From contig OZ024745.1 in assembly GCA_964016885.1 (NCBI GenBank), forward strand, positions 92,690,001 to 92,754,000: a stretch of 64,000 bases of DNA, in the 5' to 3' direction. How positions within the stretch are numbered: the first letter of the stretch is position 1; every line of letters begins with the position of its first letter. The stretch is from Eledone cirrhosa. Taxonomy: Eukaryota. Positions 49,901 through 62,151 of this stretch are shown here, in pieces. The notes under the pieces were generated by a model. The model was not told where the DNA came from, made no database searches, and saw nothing but the letters and a program-made list of their open reading frames with translations. The position numbers and the translations under genes were made by a program.

Positions 49901-50959
49901 CAATGTGGAACCAAGTAGGTTGGTTGCTTAAACATCTTTGCAACTAAAATAAAGGGGATCTTTGTGGTGGTTAGTGGGCTCTGTTTAAAGTCTATGGCTA
50001 TTCCCAGTCAAAAATACATAGACAACCTTGGCCAAAGAGAGAGAGAGACAGAGAGAGAGAGAGGGAGAGAAAGGAAAGAAGTAGGTATGTCTTTTATCAA
50101 AATGATAATGATGTTGATAATAAGAGAGTGAGAGAGAGAGAGAGGGGGAGAGAGACATCGACAAAAAGAAGCGGGGGATGGTCAAACTGTATATTGTGCT
50201 GAATTAACAGTTTTTAGTTATGACTCGTTAAGTGTTGAGTTCAAAACCTGGTAATATTGACTTTGCTTTTCATCTTGTATTTACAGTCATTATAAACATC
50301 ATTTCAAGAAGAATGGTTTGGCGGGGGAGAGGGGGGAGGTGAAGAGAAGAAAGAAAAAAAGAAAAACAAACTAATGAGACTAAATCTTGAAAGAGATTAA
50401 AGGTGATATCGATCACAGAACCAGACAAAGTATAAAGCAAATAATAATAATAATAACAATAATGGTAACAACAACACCAACAACAACAACAACAACAATG
50501 TCCAATTTCAAATAAATTATGAGGTTATTATTGAAATCAAGTCTGAACTGCCATCTATTAAAAACACAATTAAGTGTAAATTATCAAACACAAACACACA
50601 TAAAACAAATGCATACAACTAAATAGAAACACACACAAAGGAAATTAAGCACAAACACATCATCATCAAAAAGACATTAAAAAAGTGAAAATTACAAAGA
50701 AATGTGTCCAAAGAATGGTAGAAGTAATAGCATCTATTCTAGTTGGAAACACTAGCCATTTTTCAAGCAGCTGCCACATCAGTTTAATTAAAGAGAGGTA
50801 GATTGTTGAAATATTGTGCCATTGAAGGCCAATCATTGACAATTTAATTTGCATTTTGTGTGCTCTATAACAAAAAAGAGCAATTCTCTAATCATTAAAA
50901 TCTGTTTGGTGTACAAGATTTTAAAATAAAAGCAGGTAGATATGAAGATTAAATGCAGA

Positions 50960-51362
50960 GGATTTAATAGACTGAAGAATAATGAAGCGAGTATGCTTTG
51001 TTGGATGTGCAATGTGTGTATTGTATGAACAACAGGGCATAAATGTACTGAGAAAAAAGCTGGATATAAAAAGAATCAGACATAGTGTACAAGAGAGAAG
51101 ACTGCGCTAGTTTGGACATGTGATACATCTGGACGAGGAACCTAAGGTGAAGAAGTGCCAGGTGATTCCTGTAGAAGAAAGCTGAGGTAGAAGAAGACCA
51201 AGTAAGACCTGGTCAGAGATGATTTAAGCTGATCTTGGTGAACCTCACAGAGATGGTGAACCTCACAGAGATGATGATGAAGGAACAGTGATGTGGGGGT
51301 GGTGGTGCTGGAAAGGACTTGTCCAACCCATGCTAACATGGAAAATCAAAAGTAAAATGATG
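50960..51362 (+). mobile_element. RTE LINE 3' end
   Basis: RLKNNEASMLCWMCNV...LRKKLDIKRIRHSVQERRLR*FGHVIH matches the RTE C-terminal RLRWFGHV motif. Tail ccaacccatgctaacatggaaaa...atgatg. Confidence 0.85.
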
Positions 51363-51437
51363 TAAATCACAATCACCTAGAATTGAGTGAAAGATCCTAT
51401 TAGTTAGAAAGTTAGTTTTACTATTTCTTCTAATTAA

Positions 51438-51815
51438 CCCTTTAGATACCAAGCCACATTAAACTGGCCCTGGTTCTTCAATACAAAACTTTGTTTTTTA
51501 GAATGTTTATATTTATCTAAAAACCTTCAAGTTATGATTCACCTACCAGCTTAATAATTGTTTCTACTTTTGGCACAAGGCCAGCAATTACCCCTGTGTA
51601 TTACTGGTGCTTTATTTTATCGACCCCGTAACGATGAAAGGCAAAGCTAACCTCGGCAGGATTTGAACTTAGAACATAAAGAGCCATAACTCTATGCTGC
51701 AAAGCTCTACCGATACTGCGACACCACTGCCCTGCTTAGTAATAAGAGAGTTAGTTATATTACTAAATCCTTACAAATTCTCGCTTATTTTCGAAATTAA
51801 TTGAAAATCATAAGC
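51438..51815. mobile_element. Family-2 MITE with nested minus-strand SINE-A (51555-51732)
   Basis: TTAA-ccc start. The SINE is flanked by gcttaataat / gcttagtaat, a probable TSD. Confidence 0.8.
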
Positions 51816-52020
51816 ACTGAACCCTTTGCTGAAGAATTACCATTTTTACAAATCATATTTTTTTTATTGTTTGTTTACATGGTCATACATCATGTAAACT
51901 TCATGTATATACTCAGTTGTTATTGTTGTTGGTGTTCAACTAGCTGTTGTTGTGACACACGCAATCTTCAATATAATATAATATATACATACATATATAT
52001 GAATCACTACCTCCTTACAG

Positions 52021-52232
52021 ACAACTGATGCTGCACACCAGGTCTGAACACAGAAGAGCTGAACTCCCACTGTCATCGCCTCCATCTCTCTCGCCCTCCC
52101 CATCTCTCTGTATTATGAGCAAATGGGGTCTCATGTGCTGGACTCCCCATGGCCCCGGCGGACAGGATGAAGAAGGCGTTTCCTCATTTTGTGAGGCTCA
52201 CACCTGCGCTAGCCAACTCAGTGCCTATGATG
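52021..52232 (+). other. GC-rich exon-like segment (open in phase 2: QLMLHTRSEHRRAELP...CASQLSAYD)
   Basis: Acceptor ctacctccttacag, donor G|gtaagt, 212 nt with one open frame. No recognisable homology. Confidence 0.3.
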
Positions 52233-53505
52233 GTAAGTAGAGAGGTAGCCCTAGGGCCAAGGATACCACCACTCCCCTACACATACATGAATCATGTGTG
52301 TTTCACACTATTTATAGTTTGAAATGAGATTTACATTTCACATTACCCTGGTCCTATTAAGGCTGAAATGAGGCCTACACGGGCCAACATGAGTCTATTC
52401 ATAATATCTGGTAACAACTATGTGGCCATATTCATTATGAACAGTCAGAAACACAGTGCTGTATTTGAAGACAATTGGAGAGATGCTGTGTTGAGAAGGA
52501 CCCATCAAAGTGTAGAAAAACAGACTTAAAAACGATGACATGTAACCCTAACCCTTTACTTGACCGACTGACCCCTCACTATCAAATAAACAGGATGTAA
52601 CTCTCATAACATAAATAAGAAGATCAATCAAGACTTTAAAATAAAATCTCTTATAAATATTGGTCTTGCGTCAACAGATTTTTTTTGTTTTATGAAAAAA
52701 AATTACATTTTATTATTCACTATATATTTTTAAAATAAGAATTTTTTATAATGTTTATGAAAATTTATCATTATTATTTTGAAAACTCTGCATTAATTTC
52801 ATCAACTAATGTATCACTTATACTAATGTTGAAATTCTACTCAAATTGTTGTTATAATCTTCATCAAAATGTCAGAATCTTCATTTTTCAAAGATTGGAA
52901 TATTTCAGTTTCTGATAATTTAGTGAGACGGGTGTATGGCCCCTTGAATTTTTATTTTAAGTCCTGCCAGTTTCTTTACAAATTCATATAATACAAACAG
53001 CCCTTATTTTTGTCAACATTATTTATTCTAAAAATATTCCGAAGAGTCAGTTCTACACAATATATCAATAACAATTTTATTTTCTTTAATTCACATGTTG
53101 AATTTTTATTTTTTTCTTGACAACTTTGAAAATACTTCAAAAATGCTTCAAGCTAATTAAAACAGAAAAAAGAAACACTTTTTTTCTCAATAAAGACAAA
53201 AATGATTGAAGTGAATGAATATAAAACAGCAATAATAGAGAAGTTGTTTAGACACAGATTAGCTTTAACTGAGCAGACATATGATAAAGAAAAATGTGTT
53301 ACAGTTATGAGAACTCTGTGTTTCTCTTAGCCATTGGCTATTTAAAACTACAATATCAAAAATGTCACTCCCTTTTCAAGTTGGTAGGGTAGAAATTTAG
53401 GAAGAATTTTTTATTTCTATCATGTTTAGCAACCATGCATTAAGTTCTGTCATTTGCTTAAAACTAAAATATAACATTATAATTTTTCCATCATAACTTC
53501 ATCTT

Positions 53506-53713
53506 TAACCAGTCATATCTGGCCAGAATTCTCTCACCTCTTTCTGTTCAAACTGACTGCAATCAGCCACTCATACTGATGATATGGTATTGTTCTTAAA
53601 ATAAATAATTTCAAAATCTCATAGATTCGATATTATGTAAGATAATTATGTGAGGTAAAATGTTTACCGTGAAAATAGAAGAGTAAATATAGAGTAATGT
53701 AAATGCTAAAAGG
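53506..53713 (+). mobile_element. piggyBac-like MITE family 1
   Basis: Interior and right TIR conserved. Confidence 0.88.
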
Positions 53714-54309
53714 TTAAAGATGAAACATGCTTTCATTGTGCTAACATTGACAGTGGCAGCCATGAAATGTGTTACCTTACAATTAAGTAATGGTTGGGCT
53801 ATATTTTATCCACACCATTCTGGACCAGAAATGGAATGTGTAATACTTGATGATGGGGGATGTCTTGCACATGATTAGGTGTTTCCACCTTAGCCACCTC
53901 ACTACTGTGCACAACACAAACAAGATTAGGGTTAGACCTGTATAGAGAATTAGGGTTTATGGAATAAGCTGTATTTCTCACAGATTTGAGAAGGGTGTTC
54001 TGTCTAGATCCCTTCCTTTCATCAACCATTTTACAGCAGGGAATCAGTACATTTTAGTGTGCCACTTGCACTACAAAAGGTTGTCTTTCAGGACTTAAGT
54101 GTCTCTTCTAAACTCTATCAGTCTCTGTATTCAGAGTTACTGCCCTCCTAGACAGGTTGCCTTTGCTATGGCCTACACAGTCCATATCTTCCCCACCTCT
54201 GCACTCTCCCCCACCACTGCACTATAAGGAGCTCCCATCATTGGAACCAACTGAGGTTTAACAGCAACATACAGTTGTCTATCTAGCACATGTTATCATT
54301 TCATTTCAT

Positions 54310-54638
54310 TTCATTTTACGTCCGCTTTTCCCTGCTTGCAAGGGTGGGACGGGAACTGATTCTGGCCTTTATTTCTACAGCTGGATGCCCTTCCTAACAC
54401 CAACCTCATTTACAGTGAGTGCTGGGTGCTTTTTTGCCGTGGCACCTCCACGACCACTTTGCAGTGGAATGATAGGGACCCCAGTCCCTATCATCTCATT
54501 TCTACAGCTGAGTAAACTGGAGCAACGTGAAATAAAGTGTCTTGCTCAAGGAAACAACACATCACCCGGTCTGAGAATTGAACTCACAACCTTTCGATTG
54601 CAAGGCCAATGCTCTAACCACTAAGCCATGTGCCTCCA
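54310..54638 (-). mobile_element. CORE-SINE with RTE-type tail
   Basis: Minus strand: ggaggcacatggcttagtggttag (A-box), gagttcaattct (B-box), CORE ccttgagcaagacactt...cagctgtagaaatgag, then ttaggaagggcatccagctg and an (AATGA)n tail. Confidence 0.88.
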
Positions 54639-55004
54639 TTGGATGTCAATTACTTTCCAAGTACTGCTGTCAGATTTCAATTTGCAATGTCAGCTAATGA
54701 TAAACTCAACAAATACTGCTAAAGTCTAATTATGTGAGATTTCTTCCAAACCCATAGTATTTACATGGACTGGTTATAGTGTATTACCAATGTGTTCCTA
54801 CACACACACACACAAATACATAGATATATACAGAAACACACAAAACACAGTTACATATGCATATATATATAAATATATATATGTATATACACACATACAT
54901 ACAATAAGAAAGTTACAAGTGGATATCTAAAACAGAATGTAACAAAAGGAAGATTTCCTTTTCCCCCTTATCTTGAAGCCATATTTGTAAAAAATATTTC
55001 TTAC

Positions 55005-55067
55005 CATAATTTTTATGTTCTTCTTTTGGATCTTTATCTTCTGAAATGTTATGTAGTGTAGGACTTT
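55005..55067 (-). CDS. Candidate 63-nt phase 1-1 exon: (E)SPTLHNISEDKDPKEEHKNY
   Basis: Strong acceptor (T-run)acctctttgcag, donor G|gtaaga, purine-rich GAA-containing body, open frame. Product unknown. Confidence 0.55.
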
Positions 55068-55269
55068 CTGCAAAGAGGTAAAAAAAAAAGTGGTTTTTCA
55101 ATTCCAAGGACTTAAAAACATAGGACCCTAAACTACAAATATTACATAAAGATAAATTACTTATATAACAAGAATCAAACATACATGGCTTCCATCAAGA
55201 AATACCACTTTTGTCATGAAAATGAGAAACATTTCTAAATCTTCTCAGATTTTGTCTTTTATGATTTAA

Positions 55270-55774
55270 CCCTTTTGTTACCATATTTCTTATGAGATAC
55301 ACTACTTGTTTTAATTGATTTTGAAAATCGTCAAAAATTTGGATGAATTTAATAAAACCTTTCCTTTTCATTTGATCTATCGCCCTTTATGGTCTGAGTT
55401 CAAATCCCGCTGAAGTTAACTTTGCCTTTCATCCTTACAGAGTCGATAAAATAAAATACCAGTCATACACTGGGGTCAATTTAATCGACTTTCCCCTCCT
55501 CAAAATTGTTGGCCTTGCGCCTAAATCAGAAATCATTATTAATATATTTGGAACATTACTTAAAAATATCTTTAAAAATTGTTGATGGAAAGTTTTAATA
55601 GAAATACAGGGTGTCCTTTAAAAATGTATACACACTTTGATTACCTGTACAGACAATATTTCTTAGAATGCTGTTGAAGTGTGTATACATTTTTGGGGAA
55701 CACCTTATCTATTTTAAAACAGAGTTTTATATCATAAAACCAGTGTGATTTCATTTGGTTTGGTATTTTAATGG
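55270..55774. mobile_element. Family-2 MITE carrying a nested SINE-A (55381-55540, +) and a roughly 100-bp Tc1-type MITE (55607-55706)
   Basis: TTAA-cccttttgttaccatatttc start. Tc1 MITE TIR cagggtgtcc..aaaatgtatacacactt / aagtgtgtatacattttt..gaacacct. Confidence 0.8.
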
Positions 55775-56491
55775 TGAAGCAACAGGATACTATATGTTAC
55801 TGACCGTGAGATACTTTCTATATGATAGGCCTGCTTGAGTTCAACTAACTGACTAGAGCTACCCAAGAAACAACAATAACAACTATTGCATCAAATTAAT
55901 AAGTTAATTTCATCCACTTCAAGTCAAACTTTGAAAGTAATTTTTATTGCATTTCAGCCCCTCTAATACAGACCAATAAAAATTATTGAAGCGGAAAAAT
56001 AAAACAAATGAATAAATAAAGAAATAGGACTGGCACTTCATGTCCTATTAATCAGACCACAAAATTATAAACCTTATACACAGTCATGCTATATATATTT
56101 CCAGTCATTTGAGACAATAACTGAAACCATATAGTTTGTCCACAGGAAAATCACTTGACAATAATAGCCTAATCTTTCCCTTATTCTGTATTCTCTAATG
56201 CTCCACTTCATAATAAGATTAAGCTTCAATACTCAGTTTATGTAGTAGACAATACAAGTGCTTCCCATCATTGTCAAGAGTTACCAATGTCTTTTTAAGT
56301 GATGTGACTTGACAAGAACTAGTTGTTGAAACTAGAATTACTATGATAAGCAATGAAAGCATCTTCACACATAATATTTTCAATGATTTTTAACCTCAAA
56401 ATAAACCTATCTTCACACCTAACAACTGTCAATTTCAACTCTTACGTTATGACTGTCACAAGATCTATTTCGCCTCTCCTAAATATATTAA

Positions 56492-56699
56492 CCATTTAGC
56501 ATTTAAACCAGCCATATCTGGCCAGAATTCTCTCACTTCTTTCTGTTCAAACTGGCTGTAACTGGTCACTCATACTGATGTTAGGGTATTGTTCTCAAAA
56601 TAAATAACATCAAAATCTCATAGATTCGATATTATGTGAGATAAAGCCTTTACCATGAAAATACAATAGTATATATAGAGTAATGTAAATACTAAAGGG
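56492..56699 (+). mobile_element. piggyBac-like MITE family 1
   Basis: TTAA flanks and TIRs. Confidence 0.92.
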
Positions 56700-57197
56700 T
56701 TAAGTCTCATGCCTATATTAGAAACAGATGAATTATGTTTATTAGATCTGTTCAAAATTTTATCTTCTCTTTTCCGCCCACTTATTCCTAAGAGGGTCAT
56801 GGGACTTCTGAATGAGTCCCTTGATAACCCACGCAAAAGACAATGCGGTATGGTTCTTTTTTGTTCCTCTCATCATATTGCAGTTGCAGTTTCAGTGGTT
56901 TTATTTGCACCATTCACCAATCTGGTACTTTGTCAAACCCACGAAGACTAGGCTTTTTTAGAGGCAGCCTTTACTAGCCTCATCATAACTACAGAGTAAG
57001 AGTTTTCTTGGGAGCTACAGGTGTTACCCATTGTTCCATCTCCCCTGTTGGTCCGGGTTTGCTTATTTGTTCGACAGTTTCCTGCTTATATCGCAACCTG
57101 CGACCCATTCTCTAGCAGGACAGCTCTGACGAGAATCAAAATTTTATGATTTCAGAAATAATTATACAACAGCTTTGTGGCACATAAAACGCTGACA

Positions 57198-57830
57198 TAC
57201 AATTCTAATATATCTATATATAATTAACAAGTACAATTCTAATATATCTATATATAATTAAGAAGTACAACAATTCTAATATATCTATATATAATTAAGA
57301 AATAGAACAATTCTAATTTATTTATATATAATTAAAAAGTACAAAAATTCTAATTTAACTATATACAATTAAGAAGTACAACAATTCTAATTTATCTATA
57401 TATAATTAAGTACAATTCTAATTTATCTATATATAATTAACAAGTACAATTCTAATTTATCTATATATAATTAACAAGTACAACAATTCTAATTTATCTA
57501 TATATAATTAACAAGTACAACAATTCTAATTTATCTATATATAATTAAGTACAATTCTAATTTATCTATATATAATTAACAAGTACAACAATTCTAATTT
57601 ATCTATATATAATTAACAAGTACAACAATTCTAATTTATCTATATATAATTAAGTACAATTCTAATTTATCTATATATAATTAACAAGTACAATTCTAAT
57701 TTATCTATATATAATTAACAAGTACAACAATTCTAATTTATCTATATATAATTAACAAATACAGCAATTCTAATTTATCTATATATAAGAAGTACAAGAA
57801 TTCTAATTTATCTTTATCAAATTAACAAGA
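57198..57830. repeat. 30-36 bp AT-rich minisatellite (caattctaatttatctatatataattaacaagta), about 18 units
   Basis: Direct inspection. Confidence 0.95.
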
Positions 57831-58039
57831 ATAACAACAGTACAAGGTGTGATCTAATAACTATATGCTCTGATATTTAAATTCAGTCAGCTATTGTAAC
57901 AAAGTTATTTTGGTCCAATAGGTTGACACAAAAGAATTATACCACTAACTTCATAATTGAGTGATTATGAATAAAATAGGTTTTCAATATAACAATACTG
58001 AGTTAACAGTTGTCGGATGATAAAATGTATGGTAGTATG

Positions 58040-58622
58040 AGGTTACGGCCTTTTACGTTCTGAATTCAAATCACACGGAAGTTAGCTTTGCTTTTCACCC
58101 TCATGGAGTCGATAAAACAAAGTACCAGTAATGCACTGGGGGATAATTTAATCAACTTCCTCTCTCCCAAAACTGTTGGCCTTGTGCCTAAATCAGAAAT
58201 CTTCATTATTATTATTATTCAGTAAGGGTGGTGGATTGGCAGTATCTGTAGGGCCTCTGACACCATGCTTTGCAGCATAGAATTTATGTTGTGAGATCAA
58301 ATCCCGCCGAGGTTAGCTTTGCTTTTCATCCTTATGGGGGTCGATGAAATAAAGTACCAGTAATGCACTGGAGTCGATTTAATTTACTTCCCCCTCCCCC
58401 CAAATTACTGGCCTTGTGCCTTTACTAGAACTCATTTGGTGAATTGGCAGTATCGGTAGAGGGTCGGACATGCTTTCCAGCATAGTTATGTCCCTTTACG
58501 ATCTGAGTTCAAATCCCACCGAGGTAAACTTTGCCTTTCATCCTTACAGGGTCGATAAAATAAAGTACCAGTAATGAACTGGGTAATTGCTGGCCTTGTG
58601 CCTAAAGTAGAAACAATTATTA
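58040..58622 (+). mobile_element. SINE-A monomer (58040-58200) followed by a SINE-A dimer (58225-58622)
   Basis: Dimer junction gtgcctttactagaactcatttggtgaattggcag. Confidence 0.9.
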
Positions 58623-59409
58623 TTGCTAAATCCATATCCTATCCATTATAATATTGAAACTATATGCAAGACAGCGAAAAAAAAACAAACAACTAAACTA
58701 AACTCATTCCCAAAAAAACAAAAAACAATGAAAGAAATCATTACCCTGTAAGACAAAATACCTGTCCATTTAGGTGTGAATGTTCATATAATTAAGTCTA
58801 TATCCATTAAATGACTCTTCAGTGCTAAATTTAACATTTCATAAACAAACATAGACAACCCATAATCTAATAATTGGTGTAAATGTGTGTTAATCTTATT
58901 TTGTATATACCAGACATATTATATAGTATTATATAGTATTTTAATAAATAGTGCAAATCTTTAGCAGTTAAAAGTACATTGTATTAAACAGAAAGGATTT
59001 TAGATTCTGTCTTTCTAGCACACACACACCACACATACATACATACAAATACTCACATACACGTGCATACACACACATGTACATACATACAGACACAAAC
59101 ACACATACCTACATACATACACACATCTACTCACTCTCCCACATACACACACACGCACAACACAGTCACACACTCACTCTCTGCCTTTTACACACATACA
59201 CACTCAGACAAATATTGTTTAAGTGTGTGTGTGTGCATATGTATGTGTGTGTGTACATATGTTTATGTATGTATGTCTGTGACCAAGTACAGCTAAGGCG
59301 TAGTGTATTATAATAAATAAATTATAAGAGATAAAACAGGTCTCATCTCTGATCATCTGATATCTAATTATATTCATGTGTGAGAGTGTGTGTGTAAATG
59401 AGAGAGAGT

Positions 59410-59690
59410 GAGTGTGTGTAAGGGAGAGATAGAAAGAGATTGTGTGTGTGTGTGTGTGTCTGTAAGGGAGAGATAGAAAGAGATTGTGTGTGGTGTGTGT
59501 GTGTCTATAAGGGAGAGATAGAAAGAGATTGTGTGTGGTGTGTGTGTGTCTATAAGGGAGAGATAGAAAGAGATTGTGTGTGGTGTGTGTGTGTGTCTAT
59601 AAGGGAGAGATAGAAAGAGATTGTGTGTGGTGTGTGTGTGTGTCTATAAGGGAGAGATAGAAAGAGATTGTGTGTGGTGTGTGTGTGTGC
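59410..59690. repeat. Roughly 45-bp minisatellite (taagggagagatagaaagagat + (TG)n), 6 units
   Basis: Direct inspection. Confidence 0.92.
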
Positions 59691-59807
59691 GCACAAACAC
59701 ATTAGTGTCAGCAAAAGACAAACCATTCATAATCTCATACCTGTTCATTAATTACTATGAAATAAGCTCTGTACTGATGAAACCCATACCAGTTTTCAAT
59801 GCCTTAA

Positions 59808-60028
59808 CCCTTTAGCATTTACATTACTCTATATTAATTATTATATTTTCACGGTAAATACTTTATTTCGCATAATTATCTCACATAATATCGAATCTAT
59901 GAGATTGTGATATTATTTATTTTGAGAACAATACCTTAACATAAGTATGAGCAGCCAGTTATGGCTGATTTAAACAAAAAGAGGTGAGAGAATTCTGACC
60001 GGATATGGCTGGTTTAAATGCTAAAGGG
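59808..60028 (-). mobile_element. piggyBac-like MITE family 1
   Basis: TTAA flanks and perfect TIRs. Confidence 0.93.
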
Positions 60029-60370
60029 TTAATTGTTGATAAACATATTTACCTCTGATATTTACTGATGAGAAAATTGGGCATTTGAAATTAACAGGTG
60101 TATAAGTTTGTGTTAATAATCATACAATATTGCTGTTTGTAGTGTTGAAGTACACATCTCTATGTTACCTAGCTGGGTTGAACTTTTGAGAATTAGGTGC
60201 GCTAGCTAGATACCAAATTCTAAGATCTTTGACACTTACATCCTACCAATTGTGTTAACTGGACGACAAGGTCACTTCAGAAGCTCTCTACATTCCAGAA
60301 CCACACCATGCAACTTATGACTAACAAATGACTCAGCGACCATATCTCTACACAATATTACCAAGCTTAA

Positions 60371-60586
60371 CCCTTTAACATTTACATTGCTCTATATATA
60401 CTATTATATTTTCATTGTAAATGTTTTATCTCATATAATTATCTCACAGTATCGAATCTATGAGATTTTGATATTTATTATCACAACAATACCTTAACAT
60501 TGGTATAAGTGGCCAGTTATGGCGGATTGGGACAGAAAGAGGTGAGAGAATTCTGGCCAGATGCGGTCAATTTAAATGCTAACGAG
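60371..60586 (-). mobile_element. piggyBac-like MITE family 1
   Basis: TTAA flanks; slightly degenerate TIRs. Confidence 0.9.
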
Positions 60587-60927
60587 TTAAACCAATCACA
60601 TCAGTTATCAAGTGAAGAGTACTTAAACTGTATAGTCATATTAAAAGATCAACTCGTGGTATGAGTAAGTTATACCTAGAAGGAAACTTAGCCGATAAGA
60701 GAAGCAAAGGTTGACAGCCAAAACCCTCGCTTGATAATGTTAACTTATGGACTGGACTTGACTTGACTTGACTCTGCTGTTGGTGATTGAATTCTGAGGA
60801 GAAGAATATCTCATGTTGATGCACAGTCTGCAACAGGTGGAGTGAGCATCTAGGGGGAGCTAGACACAGCACTAATAGCAGGACACATTTGGCAAAATAT
60901 ACAATCATTATCATCATCACTATTTAA

Positions 60928-61248
60928 CCCTTTAGCATTTAAACCAGCCATATCCAACCAGAATTCTCTCACCACTTTCTGTTCAAACCAGCCATAACTG
61001 GCTACTCATATTTATATTAAAGTATTGTTTTAAAAAATAACTGTTTCTACTTTTGGCACAAGACCAGCAATTACCCAGTGCATTACTGGTACTTTATTTT
61101 ATCGACCCCATAAGGATGAAAGGCAAAGTTAACCTCGGCGGGATTGTTTTAAAAAATAACATGAAAATTTCATAGATTTGATATTATGTGAGAAAGTATT
61201 TACTGTGAAAATACAAGAGTAAATATATAGTAATGTAAATGCTAAAGG
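60928..61248 (+). mobile_element. piggyBac-like MITE family 1 with nested 5'-truncated SINE-A (about 61041-61143, -)
   Basis: TTAA flanks. The SINE is flanked by duplicated attgttttaaaaaataac. Confidence 0.9.
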
Positions 61249-61794
61249 TTAACTGACAAAGATGGATTCTTCATTTGTTTCAATGTCGAGTATCAGTTAC
61301 TTAACCGAGTGACTGACTCAGGAACATTTTCATTACCATATTTCTAATGAAAGATTTGATGGGTTGTCATGTTCTGAAATTAAACTTGGACAGATACTCT
61401 ACTATGTGTTCCAGCTGACAGGCTGAGGCCATACTGGAGCACTGCCATCTGGCTCCAATGTTCAGTTTTTGACTTGGTTTCTATTTACTGCTAAATACCC
61501 TTCCTAACATGACCAACTTTACAGCATGTGTTGAGGAGCATTTTATTGTGTCACCAGCACTATACATTTCTGTTAAATATAGTTTTCAAATTAAAAGTAC
61601 ATTGAATACATACAGTTTTAGTTTTGTGACTAAGGAGTTTGTTTTTCAGCCATGCTGTTTTGGATTCATTCCCAAAATGATAAAATAAGTACCAGACTTG
61701 AAAAATAAATACTGTAATCAATACAATAGACTAAAAGCCCTAGTGTTTCTACATAGCCATAGTCTAATGACTGAAACCAATAAAAGGAAAAAAT

Positions 61795-62043
61795 AATGAT
61801 AGTGATGGTGGTGATGGTGATAATGACGGCGATAATAATGGTGATGGTGGTGGTTGTGGTGGTGATGATGATGGTGGTGATGGTAATAATAATGGTGATG
61901 GTGGTGGTGGTGATAATGATGGTGATGGTAATGATGGTGATGGTGGTGGTGGTGGTGGTGATGATGATAGTGGTGGTGGTGATAGTGGTGGTGATGGTGG
62001 TGATGATGATGATGATGGTGGTGATGATAGTGGTGATGGTGAT
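61795..62043. repeat. (GGT/GAT)n trinucleotide tract
   Basis: Direct inspection. Confidence 0.95.
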
Positions 62044-62151
62044 TTCTTTATTCACAAGGATTAACATCAAGAAAAACATTATGATGGCACAGGGAAAAAA
62101 ACAGTGTGTGCATGTGCGTGTTGGTTTGTGTGTGCATGTTAATAATAATAA

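Noticed and set aside
57115-57180. Hammerhead-ribozyme-like motif ctgacga...gaaa
   Set aside because: Stem II lacks the closing pair next to GAAA and stem I needs a 4-nt bulge at the cleavage site. An Infernal search with hammerhead models would settle it.
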